From Candidatus Saccharimonadota bacterium (GTDB taxonomy: Bacteria > Patescibacteriota > Saccharimonadia > Saccharimonadales > AWTP1-31), in contig JBPOHZ010000015.1 of assembly GCA_052034955.1 (NCBI GenBank), positions 26,998-90,997 on the forward strand: a DNA stretch of 64,000 nt, written 5' to 3'. The notes below the pieces were generated by a model. It saw nothing but the letters and a program-made list of their open reading frames with translations. It did no database searches and was not told the DNA's origin. Shown piece after piece: positions 49,441-57,553 of the stretch. Position numbers and translations under genes: made by a program. Each line of letters opens with the position of its first letter. Within the stretch, counting starts at the first letter, position 1.

Positions 49441-50457
49441 ATGAAGAAACTGACGAATCTACGAAACAATCAAGACGGACTGGTGGCGATCATTGTGACC
49501 ATGTTAATTATGATTGTCTTAACTCTTATCGTTACTGGATTTGCCCAGCTGGCCCGTCGTGAACAAAGGGAAGCACTAGATCGCCAGTTATCAACTCAGG
49601 CATTTTATGCAGTTGAGTCAGGAATAAACGATGCCCGGAGGCTATTAAAAACCACTCCAGCACTTGTCGCTGGTGGAAACAAGGATAACTGTGCAACTAC
49701 CGATTCATCATTAGATAGCGGCAGTACTTTCCAATACACCTGTCTGTTAATTACACAGCGGTTAACCAGTCTAAAGTACCAAAACGTTCAGACTAATAAA
49801 TCGACTGTTGTGCCAATAAATCAAGATCTAGCCAGTGGATCTACTAATGATAAGCTAACCATATCATGGCAGAACAAAGACGGCTCCAACAACCTATATA
49901 CAGGAACTGGATTCCCTCCAGCTACAACCTGGAATAGTGACTTTGTAGGAGTACTTAGGATAGATATTACAGAGGCGGATGTTTTGTCTACCAATAGTCT
50001 TACCTCTAAAACATATACCGCCTTTTTAAGGCCTAGCTCAGATATGTCGGTTCCAGGTACCACAAGCTTTACAACTGTTCCTAGCGAGCAGGGACAGGTG
50101 ATCAATGCAAAGTGTAACGGTACCGGTAAAAAGTTGTGTTTTGTCACAATAGATGGCATCAGGGACACAAGCAAATATTATCTACGCATGAAATCAATCT
50201 ATAACGTTGCCGATGTTGACATCTGCGGAGGCAATTTCTCTTGTAGTAACAACGTCGTACTTACTAATGCCCAGGCAGAAGTTGACGTTACCGGTAGAGC
50301 GGGCGACATTCTTAAGAGAGTTCAAGTAAGACTCCCTGTAGAAGAGCTAAGTGGAAACGAAATAACTACTCCAGAATATGCCTTAGAGAGCTCGGATAGT
50401 ATCTGTAAGCTTATCTCTGTATGGCCAGGCGGTGGTAATGCTGGTGTCTGCCCTTAG
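49441..50457 (+). CDS. pilin-like protein (minor pilin 4, PilX-like size)
   Basis: NQDGLVAIIVTMLIMIVLTLI hydrophobic N-terminal helix; Cys-containing C-terminal domain. Confidence 0.6.
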   Translation: MKKLTNLRNNQDGLVAIIVTMLIMIVLTLIVTGFAQLARREQREALDRQLSTQAFYAVESGINDARRLLKTTPALVAGGNKDNCATTDSSLDSGSTFQYTCLLITQRLTSLKYQNVQTNKSTVVPINQDLASGSTNDKLTISWQNKDGSNNLYTGTGFPPATTWNSDFVGVLRIDITEADVLSTNSLTSKTYTAFLRPSSDMSVPGTTSFTTVPSEQGQVINAKCNGTGKKLCFVTIDGIRDTSKYYLRMKSIYNVADVDICGGNFSCSNNVVLTNAQAEVDVTGRAGDILKRVQVRLPVEELSGNEITTPEYALESSDSICKLISVWPGGGNAGVCP

Positions 50458-50460
50458 TAA

Positions 50461-51441
50461 CTAGTCAGATTTATTATGGAACTTCTCGTGGACCGATTTT
50501 AGGTGCGGGTCGGTGACGTGAGTGTATATCTGGGTCGTGGCAATATTGCTGTGTCCCAACATGCTTTGGACGCTCCTGATGTCGGCACCATTCATAAGTA
50601 GGTCAGTGGCGAAGCTGTGGCGTAGGGTGTGCGGCGACACATGTTTGGTTATACCAGCCAGTAGGGCAGTTTTTGCAACCATTCTTTGGACGCTGCGGGC
50701 TGTTAGCCTATGAAAGTTGCCGCTGGTGTCTATTTTTTTCTGACCACTGTAACGAACGAATAATGGCTTAACATTATCTTGCCTCTGACCCAGGTATTTA
50801 GTCAGCCAGTCTGCCGCTTCGGGGCTAATAAAGATCGGCCGGTCTTTTTGGCCCTTACCTCTGACAGTGAACTCTCGTCGTTTTAAGTTTATATGATCTC
50901 TATCTAATCCCACTAGCTCCGATACACGCAGGCCACTGCTAAAAAGAAGCTCTAGTATTGCTCTGTCTCGTAAGCCCATGATATTGCTGATATTACAGGC
51001 TGCAAGAAGCCGTTCTACCTCCTCTGGAGTTAAAAAGGTGACCTGTTTGCGAGTAGTTCTGGCCAATTCTACTTTATCGGCACTCAGGGCAGCTATATCT
51101 CGCTTGGCGCAATATTTAAGAAAGCTACGTAGGGCAATTAGGTGATAGTTCTGAGTTGTCTTTTGGAGCTCGTCGCTCGTATTGGTCCCCAAACGGTTCA
51201 GCCATAGACGCCATTTTCTTACCAGCTCCGGAGTTACGTCGGAGACTTGTATCTCTCCAGCGTAATCAGTTAAACGAGTTAGGTAGTGATCGTAGTTAGC
51301 AATGGTCTTTTGGGAACGATTCTGTTCAATCTCTAGGTACTCTAGGAAATCGGTTTTTACTTTACTAAGTAGCATAGACATTACTATATATAGGCTGCTC
51401 CTGGTAGTCGAGTAGATACGCTCATGACAAACGCCTCCCAA
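50461..51441 (-). CDS. tyrosine site-specific recombinase, XerC/XerD family
   Basis: C-terminal R...HxLRH...Y catalytic region HTLRHSFATDLL...GHSNIATTQIYTHV. Confidence 0.8.
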   Translation of the reverse strand: MGGVCHERIYSTTRSSLYIVMSMLLSKVKTDFLEYLEIEQNRSQKTIANYDHYLTRLTDYAGEIQVSDVTPELVRKWRLWLNRLGTNTSDELQKTTQNYHLIALRSFLKYCAKRDIAALSADKVELARTTRKQVTFLTPEEVERLLAACNISNIMGLRDRAILELLFSSGLRVSELVGLDRDHINLKRREFTVRGKGQKDRPIFISPEAADWLTKYLGQRQDNVKPLFVRYSGQKKIDTSGNFHRLTARSVQRMVAKTALLAGITKHVSPHTLRHSFATDLLMNGADIRSVQSMLGHSNIATTQIYTHVTDPHLKSVHEKFHNKSD

Positions 51442-51477
51442 TCTGTTAAAATAAGCTAAAAGTAAAAAAGGAAATAC

Positions 51478-51996
51478 ATGGAACGAACCCTCATTATTCT
51501 AAAACCAGATGCAGTACAAAGGGGCATAACGGGCGAGATTATTTCTCGATTTGAACGAGCTGGACTCAAGATAATCGGTACAAAAATGCTTCAACCCGAC
51601 TATGACCACTTTTACAAGCACTACGAGGGTATAAGTAAAATGGTTTCCAGGCGAGGCGAGAAGCCATTTCAGCTTACTCTAGAGATGATGCAAAGCGGAC
51701 CGGTAATCGCGTATGTCCTTGAGGGGCTAAGTGCTGTTTCGTTAGTACGTAAGATGGTTGGAGATACTGAGCCTCAAAAAGCACTCCCCGGTACAATACG
51801 TGGCGATTATGCCCATATGGGATTTGCTCATGCTGACGAGCGAGAAGTAGGGGTGCCGAATCTTATCCATGCCTCAGGTGATCCTGGCGAAGCAGAACAG
51901 GAAATTGCTCACTGGTTTAGCGAGGCTGAACTCTTTGAATACCAGACTGTTCACGAAGGCTTAACTCTAGCTACAAAACCAAAGTCGAAGAAATAA
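51478..51996 (+). CDS. ndk: nucleoside diphosphate kinase (with short insertions)
   Basis: ERTLIILKPDAVQRG, and NLIHASGD with the active-site His. Confidence 0.9.
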   Translation: MERTLIILKPDAVQRGITGEIISRFERAGLKIIGTKMLQPDYDHFYKHYEGISKMVSRRGEKPFQLTLEMMQSGPVIAYVLEGLSAVSLVRKMVGDTEPQKALPGTIRGDYAHMGFAHADEREVGVPNLIHASGDPGEAEQEIAHWFSEAELFEYQTVHEGLTLATKPKSKK

Positions 51997-52000
51997 AAAA

Positions 52001-52028
52001 GCCGGCCATATAGGCCGGCGCTTTTATT
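52001..52028. terminator. bidirectional rho-independent terminator (ndk on +, tRNA-Arg on -)
   Basis: GCCGGCC-atat-AGGCCGGC hairpin flanked by A-run/T-run on both sides. Confidence 0.7.
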
Positions 52029-52102
52029 GGTATCCCCAAACGGATTCGAACCGCTATCTACTCCTTAGGACGGAGGTATTCTATCCATTGAACTATGGGG
52101 AC
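52028..52102 (-). tRNA. tRNA-Arg (anticodon CCU)
   Basis: Hand-folded cloverleaf: acceptor GTCCCCA/TGGGGAT, T-loop TTCGAAT, anticodon loop ..U-CCU-AA, encoded CCA. D-arm resembles E. coli argW. Confidence 0.7.
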
Positions 52103-52172
52103 AGGGATGTGACTAGTATACAGTACATTTGGAGCTGTACACCACTTCTTATAACTAGGGTATAATACGCTT

Positions 52173-52730
52173 ATGGCTCAAAAACAAACATCTAAAAAGA
52201 GGTTTGAAGACCAGTTTGATGACGAAGAAGTGCTTTTTGTCTTTCGTAAACACCCGATTGTAATGCGTAAGGGGCTAGTTCTGGCTTGTCTGGGGCCGCT
52301 TATTGGTATTATCCCGGCTGCCGTTAGGCCGACACTTGGCTTTGGATACTTCTTTGGGGGTCTATTTGCTGGCTTTGTCCTTGGGTTCTTGTTTATCCTT
52401 CCATCTTGGATCGCCTGGTACTACAGTGTCTTTATAATTACCGACCAACGATTTATTCAAATAACTCAGAGGGGGTTATTCCACCGAAGTGTAGTCGATC
52501 TTGGATTATCTAAGATCCAGTCTACTAATTACGAGGTAAGAGGAATACAGGCAACTCTGCTTAGTTTTGGTACAATAGTAATACAGACTTACATGGGTGA
52601 TATGGTTATCCATGAAGTTCATCATCCAGCTAGGGTAATCAAGAAGATGTCTAACATCCTTCGAGAGCAGGGTATAATTGCCGAGGATATGACCGAAGAT
52701 CAAGTAGAACAGCAAAAGGGTGAGAAATGA
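52173..52730 (+). CDS. hypothetical membrane protein (two TM helices plus a PH-like/YdbT-like soluble part)
   Basis: TM hairpin followed by a beta-rich region; TATAAT at about 52156. Confidence 0.45.
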   Translation: MAQKQTSKKRFEDQFDDEEVLFVFRKHPIVMRKGLVLACLGPLIGIIPAAVRPTLGFGYFFGGLFAGFVLGFLFILPSWIAWYYSVFIITDQRFIQITQRGLFHRSVVDLGLSKIQSTNYEVRGIQATLLSFGTIVIQTYMGDMVIHEVHHPARVIKKMSNILREQGIIAEDMTEDQVEQQKGEK

Positions 52731-53788
52731 AGAAATACGTACAAAAACTCAAGGACCGCAAAGAAGCCAAAGCTAAGAGGTCAGAAGTTGCCCTAGTAGA
52801 GGCATCCAACCCAAAGATAACCAACGAGACTGTGGCCGAGCACCGCGAAGAAGTACTGTCCAGTGCCCGTAAGTACATTTATCCATTGCAGCATTCTAAG
52901 CATAAGATAGTGGTTATTACTACGACCTTATTTATCGTTACATTGGTAGCATTTGTTAGTTACACTACACTGTCGCTATATAAACTAAAGTCTAACTCAT
53001 CATTTCTGTATGGTGTTACTAAGGTCTTTCCGTTTCCGGTGGCAAAAGCCGGTGGTAATTTTGTAGCCTACGAAAATTACCTGTTTGAGCTACGCCATTA
53101 TATTCACTACTATCGTAACCAACAAAAGTTAGACTTTGATTCAGAGTCAGGGCGACAACAACTTGCCGAATTCAAGAAGAGAGCTCTAGATAAAGTGGTC
53201 AACGATGCCTATGTAAAGCAACTTGCTAAGCAAAATAACGTTACTGTCAGTAATCAAGAGGTACAAGCCGAGATAAAGATAGTGCGCGACCAGAACAGGC
53301 TCGGCGGTAGTGACAAAGTGTTTGAAGATGTACTAAAAGAGTACTGGGGTTGGTCTGTTACGGACTTCGAAAGAAGCCTTCAGCAACAACTCTTAGCCCA
53401 AAAACTGCTACCAATATTGGATAAAGAGCTAGTTGCTAAGGCTCAGGCCGCCAAATCTGAGCTAGATAACAAAGCCGACTTTGCTAAGGTTGCTCAAAAA
53501 TACTCGGACGATACAATAACCAAAGATAACGGTGGAGAGATCGACGGCGAGATAGACCGTTCCAATAGAGAAATAGCAGCTCAAACTGTCTCGACATTGT
53601 TTAGTCTTAAGCCAGGGCAGTACTCTACGGTCATTAATACCGGATACAGCCTAGAGATAGTAAAGAGTCTAGATAAGCAGGGCGACAAGGCTCGTGCCGC
53701 GCATATTGTATTCAACTTCAAAGACATAGACGCCTATCTAAATGACTTCAAAGATCAGAAAAAAGCTAGTCTATATATCAAGCTCTAA
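52727..53788 (+). CDS. membrane-anchored PpiC/parvulin-type peptidyl-prolyl isomerase (PrsA/SurA-like)
   Basis: N-terminal TM helix, a chaperone-like helical domain, and a parvulin signature around FAKVAQKYSDD...GG. Confidence 0.6.
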   Translation: MKKYVQKLKDRKEAKAKRSEVALVEASNPKITNETVAEHREEVLSSARKYIYPLQHSKHKIVVITTTLFIVTLVAFVSYTTLSLYKLKSNSSFLYGVTKVFPFPVAKAGGNFVAYENYLFELRHYIHYYRNQQKLDFDSESGRQQLAEFKKRALDKVVNDAYVKQLAKQNNVTVSNQEVQAEIKIVRDQNRLGGSDKVFEDVLKEYWGWSVTDFERSLQQQLLAQKLLPILDKELVAKAQAAKSELDNKADFAKVAQKYSDDTITKDNGGEIDGEIDRSNREIAAQTVSTLFSLKPGQYSTVINTGYSLEIVKSLDKQGDKARAAHIVFNFKDIDAYLNDFKDQKKASLYIKL

Positions 53789-53808
53789 TCTGTTAGAGCT
53801 GAGTAAAT

Positions 53809-54498
53809 TTATTGTTCAAAACTCATCCCGAAGTCGGGATTAATACCATCGGACTCTATAATTTCTTCAGGAAGTTCACGGACTTGATCAAGCATCTCAA
53901 CGTTGATATTTTTAACATAACTTCTGTCTTTTTCCTGCGAAGTAATCCTTAAATATTCATATAGATTTTCGTTTGTTAAGGGCACATACCCATCCTCAAC
54001 AAGCTGCACGGCAAGGGGGTTGTCGTTTGAAACACCCGAACTAAAGTTTGGTGATCCTGCCCACTGCAGTGTTCCGTCTTCACCTAGGAATTGCCCGAAA
54101 GTAACGTCAGCCAAGAATTTTTCACCGTCAATGGTTAGGAGGTTAAATCCATGCTGGAATGCTTCTGGGTATCTATTGCCCGAAGCCAGGGAATGTAAAT
54201 CCAGAAGTTGAACCTTCTTGCTAACTGCATCAAAACCATCACGTTGACTTTGGTCATTTAATACATATCCAAGGATATCTGGCCCTAAGTTACAATCTCC
54301 CCACATTCTGGTGGATCTGCTATCGGAATTACCTCTGGCAACCCAGCCTCTTTCAAATCGCTCGATCACATTTTCAAGTCTTGCGCTAGGTGTTGGTTCC
54401 TGTTCTAGGCCGTCAATCATTGCTCTGGCAAACATCTTGGCATGTTCTTCCGGTAATCTAGCTGTAGGGTCGGTAATATAGGACTGTTGCTCGGTCAT
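53809..54498 (-). CDS. hypothetical protein
   Basis: ORF; translationally coupled (4-nt overlap) with the upstream small membrane protein. Confidence 0.45.
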   Translation of the reverse strand: MTEQQSYITDPTARLPEEHAKMFARAMIDGLEQEPTPSARLENVIERFERGWVARGNSDSRSTRMWGDCNLGPDILGYVLNDQSQRDGFDAVSKKVQLLDLHSLASGNRYPEAFQHGFNLLTIDGEKFLADVTFGQFLGEDGTLQWAGSPNFSSGVSNDNPLAVQLVEDGYVPLTNENLYEYLRITSQEKDRSYVKNINVEMLDQVRELPEEIIESDGINPDFGMSFEQ

Positions 54499-54731
54499 TT
54501 CTGGCTACTTTTTCGGTTAGCGATAAAAGTGATCACTGTTGCTGCAGCTATCCAGTTAGGCACTATGAATAGAACTGCTTCACCGGGCGATGATGTTGTA
54601 TTCATGCCAAGTATCATTGCAAACACTACGTACCCTACAAATATTGCGTAGACAACATAGCCCGCCTTACTAGAGGGGAGGAAACTGCCACGAACCGGCC
54701 TAAACCACGTAACTTTTGTTTTTCTTGCCAT
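54495..54731 (-). CDS. small membrane protein
   Basis: Two TM helices. Confidence 0.4.
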   Translation of the reverse strand: MARKTKVTWFRPVRGSFLPSSKAGYVVYAIFVGYVVFAMILGMNTTSSPGEAVLFIVPNWIAAATVITFIANRKSSQK

Positions 54732-54891
54732 GCCTAAATTATAGCATTAGTAAATTGGCGGGCTTGGAGGCTGTTTTCTGAAAGCTTTAAAAATCTGGCT
54801 TAGGCTTTGGTTCGTGCCATACCGTCGAATGAACGTATGAGGTAGCTGCGGGGAGTGGTACTCCAACCGTGCCGTACTTTAGAGATTTGGA

Positions 54892-55407
54892 CTATACGCT
54901 CACAAGAGATTTGCTTAGTACAACGTCTTCGCCCGCACCCAGCCCGTAAAGGTCTGCTACTTCCTGGATCTCGTACCCATGATTGATTAAAAATGCGACC
55001 ATGTCGGTGTTCGTAACTTTTGTGTCGACCAGAACAGTTTCAACTCCAGGGAAGTCGGCCATTGCTTCAATCTCGGTGTTTCTAAGTAAAAAGCTTCCAA
55101 CCAAGCGGCCCTGGCCTTCTGGCACTACTGATAAGTTGCGGATCTCTAGCACATTTGATCTTTCAGGGTGCCGCTGAAAGATTGCCGCACCAACTGGTAC
55201 GCCATTGTACTGAGCGAGTAGTGCGCGCTTCACCTCATCCTCTAATTGCCCTATGGTCTTATCTATCCATTCGCTGTGAGCAGGGTAGTCAGCTTCTGTT
55301 GGGATCCAGAGTCTAGGACTACGTAGTAAGGTGACGACTTCATCGATCTCGCATGAGGATAACTCATTAGTGAATCTAAAGTCTGCCATTGAAACAAAAA
55401 ATACCAT
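54892..55407 (-). CDS. GNAT-family N-acetyltransferase-like protein (true start probably the Met at 55389)
   Basis: IRNLSVVPEGQGRLVGSFLL resembles the acetyl-CoA-binding Q/RxxGxG/A motif. The annotated first Met lies inside the upstream palindrome. Confidence 0.5.
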   Translation of the reverse strand: MVFFVSMADFRFTNELSSCEIDEVVTLLRSPRLWIPTEADYPAHSEWIDKTIGQLEDEVKRALLAQYNGVPVGAAIFQRHPERSNVLEIRNLSVVPEGQGRLVGSFLLRNTEIEAMADFPGVETVLVDTKVTNTDMVAFLINHGYEIQEVADLYGLGAGEDVVLSKSLVSV

Positions 55408-55447
55408 AAAAATGGTATTTTGTATACTTTGCGGGCCGTAACTTTAG
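55392..55447 (-). repeat. cassette-junction repeat R1 (10-4-10 palindrome plus tRNA-3'-end-like segment)
   Basis: AAAATACCAT-AAAA-ATGGTATTTT followed by TTTGCGGGCCGTAACTTTAG; near-identical to R2. Confidence 0.8.
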
Positions 55448-55920
55448 CTCACAAGCTTTTGTGTCAGTGTGACAGGGACAGGTTCTACTACATTACGCCT
55501 AATACTAAGACAAGCGGCACTTCCTACTGTAAAATTCCTGCAAATGTATGGTCTATCTTCGTATTCATCACAAAATCCGTCAGTAGTTAGGAATGCACAA
55601 TCACCATTCATCTTATATAGTCCTTGCCCTGGTCGCATTGTAAGTGCGGATTCAGCCACACCAAGCCAGAACGCTTTCTCTAAGTCATTTTCAGCATCCA
55701 CTGACAATTGCTTTATACCGTCAGTATTCTTTGACCAGCAAAAGAGCTCTTCTTCATCAGGCTCAATAGTAGGCTCAAGAACCAGTGTTTGCATAGGCGG
55801 CAGGATTCGTAGTAATTCGGCTCCAGCCTCCCTTAATCTGATTGCTTCATCAGCGTAAAGAGCAAGTCTTACGTTTGAACAGCAGGCACCCATACATCTT
55901 TCGGGATTAAACTCAGTCAT
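55444..55920 (-). CDS. YkgJ/UPF0153-like Cys-cluster protein (putative Zn/Fe-binding)
   Basis: N-terminal C-x-x-x-CC (CMGACC) plus a distal DCAFL...GFC...YIC cysteine set. Confidence 0.5.
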   Translation of the reverse strand: MTEFNPERCMGACCSNVRLALYADEAIRLREAGAELLRILPPMQTLVLEPTIEPDEEELFCWSKNTDGIKQLSVDAENDLEKAFWLGVAESALTMRPGQGLYKMNGDCAFLTTDGFCDEYEDRPYICRNFTVGSAACLSIRRNVVEPVPVTLTQKLVS

Positions 55921-55987
55921 AAAGCAAAAAATACCATAAAAATGGTATTTTGTCTACTTTGCGGGCCGTAACTTTAGTTATCTGGAA
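55921..55987 (-). repeat. cassette-junction repeat R2
   Basis: Differs from R1 at only about 3 positions over approximately 55 bp. Confidence 0.8.
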
Positions 55988-55993
55988 CAATTT

Positions 55994-56512
55994 TTATTGC
56001 TCGGCAGGTGTTGCCGAGAGCTGTTGCATGAGCTCTACCGTTGCGGCGAGTTCAGGGGTGGGACCAGCGATAGGTTTTGTTACATAGTGGGTTTCTGCGA
56101 AGAAACCGCTTTCTGTCTCTGTATCTGGCTGAGTAGGTAAGGATTCTGGGTTGATTGATAGAGAAGTTTTACCCTCATAAGTATAGCTATGGATTACACC
56201 AGGAGGCACGACTCCATGGAGAAAAGTAACAGGTGCAGGAGATCGTCTAAAAGCAATGCCCCTAAAGTAGCGTGGGAGAGCGCCAGAGTTTATCGCATCA
56301 GTTGCCGCTTCGCTTATTTCGTCGGGCGTTAGACCTCTTTGCTCAGCTTCTGTTGCAAAATTGTTCATTTGTTGTCGTGCTTCATCTAGAAGAGAGTAGG
56401 CCGTATTATGAAGAGTGGGTGTATATTCAGTTGGTGAATTAGGCTTAGCATCCAACGGTTCTGCTATTGGTTCGGTAGCAGGTGCGGGGTTTCTATTCTT
56501 TCGAAGGAACAT
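55994..56512 (-). CDS. hypothetical protein
   Basis: ORF; the start codon is immediately preceded by R3. Confidence 0.45.
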   Translation of the reverse strand: MFLRKNRNPAPATEPIAEPLDAKPNSPTEYTPTLHNTAYSLLDEARQQMNNFATEAEQRGLTPDEISEAATDAINSGALPRYFRGIAFRRSPAPVTFLHGVVPPGVIHSYTYEGKTSLSINPESLPTQPDTETESGFFAETHYVTKPIAGPTPELAATVELMQQLSATPAEQ

Positions 56513-56566
56513 AAAAAAATATTACCATAAAAATAGTATTTTGTCTAGTGGCGGGCCCGACCGGAT
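56513..56566 (-). repeat. cassette-junction repeat R3, containing an exact 18-nt copy of the tRNA-Asp 3' end
   Basis: Degenerate palindrome ATTACCAT-AAAA-ATAGTAT followed by TGGCGGGCCCGACCGGAT (56549-56566), which is identical to 56719-56736. Confidence 0.8.
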
Positions 56567-56718
56567 AGCCACACATCTATGCCAGTGCTCGGAATAAATT
56601 CCTGCGCTCTGGCTTGATGACCGAACTGGCGATCTCATTCACTTCGTTCATGGATCGCCTCGTTTGTATCGTTGGGCAGCTATGAAAAAGAGCCATCACA
56701 TGGATGACTCATTTTCAC

Positions 56719-56796
56719 TGGCGGGCCCGACCGGATTCGAACCGGCGATCTCCTCCGTGACAGGGAGGCGTGTTAGGCCAGCTACACCACGGGCCC
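56719..56796 (-). tRNA. tRNA-Asp (anticodon GUC)
   Basis: Cloverleaf: acceptor GGGCCCG/CGGGCCC, anticodon loop CUGUCAC (identical to E. coli tRNA-Asp), T-loop TTCGAAT, encoded CCA. Confidence 0.85.
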
Positions 56797-56920
56797 GCAT
56801 CGATACTTAAAAGTAACAGATGATAGTCTAACAATTTAAGGTGTAAATAGCAAGAAATATAATTCTTAAATATTACTTAAATAATTGATTATATTGCTAT
56901 AGGTACATCATAATTTAACT

Positions 56921-57397
56921 ATGGTCACACTCAGAAAACTATTTCCTAACTGCTTGGTTTGTGATGCGATGTTACCCAGAAGGAGCTACAAGTATTGTTC
57001 AAATAAGTGTCAAGCAGACTTTCAGTACGAAAAATACATACATGATTGGAAGTGTGGCAAGGTATCAGGCCTGCAAGCAAGGTTGGGAATAGTCTCTCGG
57101 CATGTAAAACGTTATTTAAGGAGTAAATACCATAACAGATGTTGCATTTGTGGGTGGGCTGAGGTTAATATTGTTACACGTACTGTACCGCTGGTAGCAG
57201 ATCATATTGACGGTAATTGGCAAAACAACAAAGAAGCAAATCTAAGGCTTATTTGCCCTAATTGTGACTCGCTTTCGGCAACTTATGCGGCACTTAACAG
57301 GGGAAAGGGTAGAATAGGTCGAAGGGTTAGCAACAGGGTTAATGTTGCAAGAAGTAATGCAAACAAAGTTGCCGGGGTAACTCAGTTGGTAGAGTAG
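56921..57397 (+). CDS. HNH endonuclease-family protein
   Basis: Cys-rich N-terminus and the HNH core VADHIDGNWQNN...LICPNCD. The last approximately 9 codons read into the tRNA-Thr gene. Confidence 0.6.
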   Translation: MVTLRKLFPNCLVCDAMLPRRSYKYCSNKCQADFQYEKYIHDWKCGKVSGLQARLGIVSRHVKRYLRSKYHNRCCICGWAEVNIVTRTVPLVADHIDGNWQNNKEANLRLICPNCDSLSATYAALNRGKGRIGRRVSNRVNVARSNANKVAGVTQLVE

Positions 57398-57446
57398 CTG
57401 TTTCGTAAATAGCAAGTCGTGGGTTCGAGTCCCATCTCCGGCTCCA
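57371..57446 (+). tRNA. tRNA-Thr (anticodon CGU)
   Basis: Cloverleaf: acceptor GCCGGGG/CTCCGGC, anticodon arm GCTGT-TTCGTAA-ATAGC, T-loop TTCGAGT, discriminator U, CCA. Confidence 0.8.
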
Positions 57447-57457
57447 AATTATCTTAA

Positions 57458-57532
57458 GCGAGTATCGTATAACGGCTATTATGTATCCTTCCCAAGGATG
57501 AGACGAGGGTTCGACTCCCTCTACTCGCACCA
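57458..57532 (+). tRNA. tRNA-Gly (anticodon CCC)
   Basis: Perfect acceptor GCGAGTA/TACTCGC, anticodon loop TTCCCAA, 4-nt variable loop, T-loop TTCGACT, CCA. Confidence 0.7.
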
Positions 57533-57553
57533 AATAGGCTATAATAAATACAA

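Noticed and set aside
52028-52102. Alternative anticodon assignment for the tRNA downstream of ndk
   Set aside because: The anticodon stem has one mismatch (C27/U43) and G at position 32. No alternative register restores canonical pairing. The D-arm and acceptor closely resemble E. coli tRNA-Arg(CCU), so CCU is retained with moderate confidence.
55390-56570. Possible CRISPR array, suggested by the three approximately 55-bp direct repeats
   Set aside because: The repeat spacing is 530-590 bp and each spacer is a full protein-coding gene. The repeats are longer than CRISPR repeats and contain a tRNA-like segment. No cas genes are present. Interpreted instead as cassette junctions or att remnants.
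56570-56718. Searched the 150-bp segment between the tRNA-Asp duplicate copies for a tRNA or small gene
   Set aside because: No cloverleaf-compatible sequence. Only an 11-codon ORF is present. Treated as non-coding remnant DNA.
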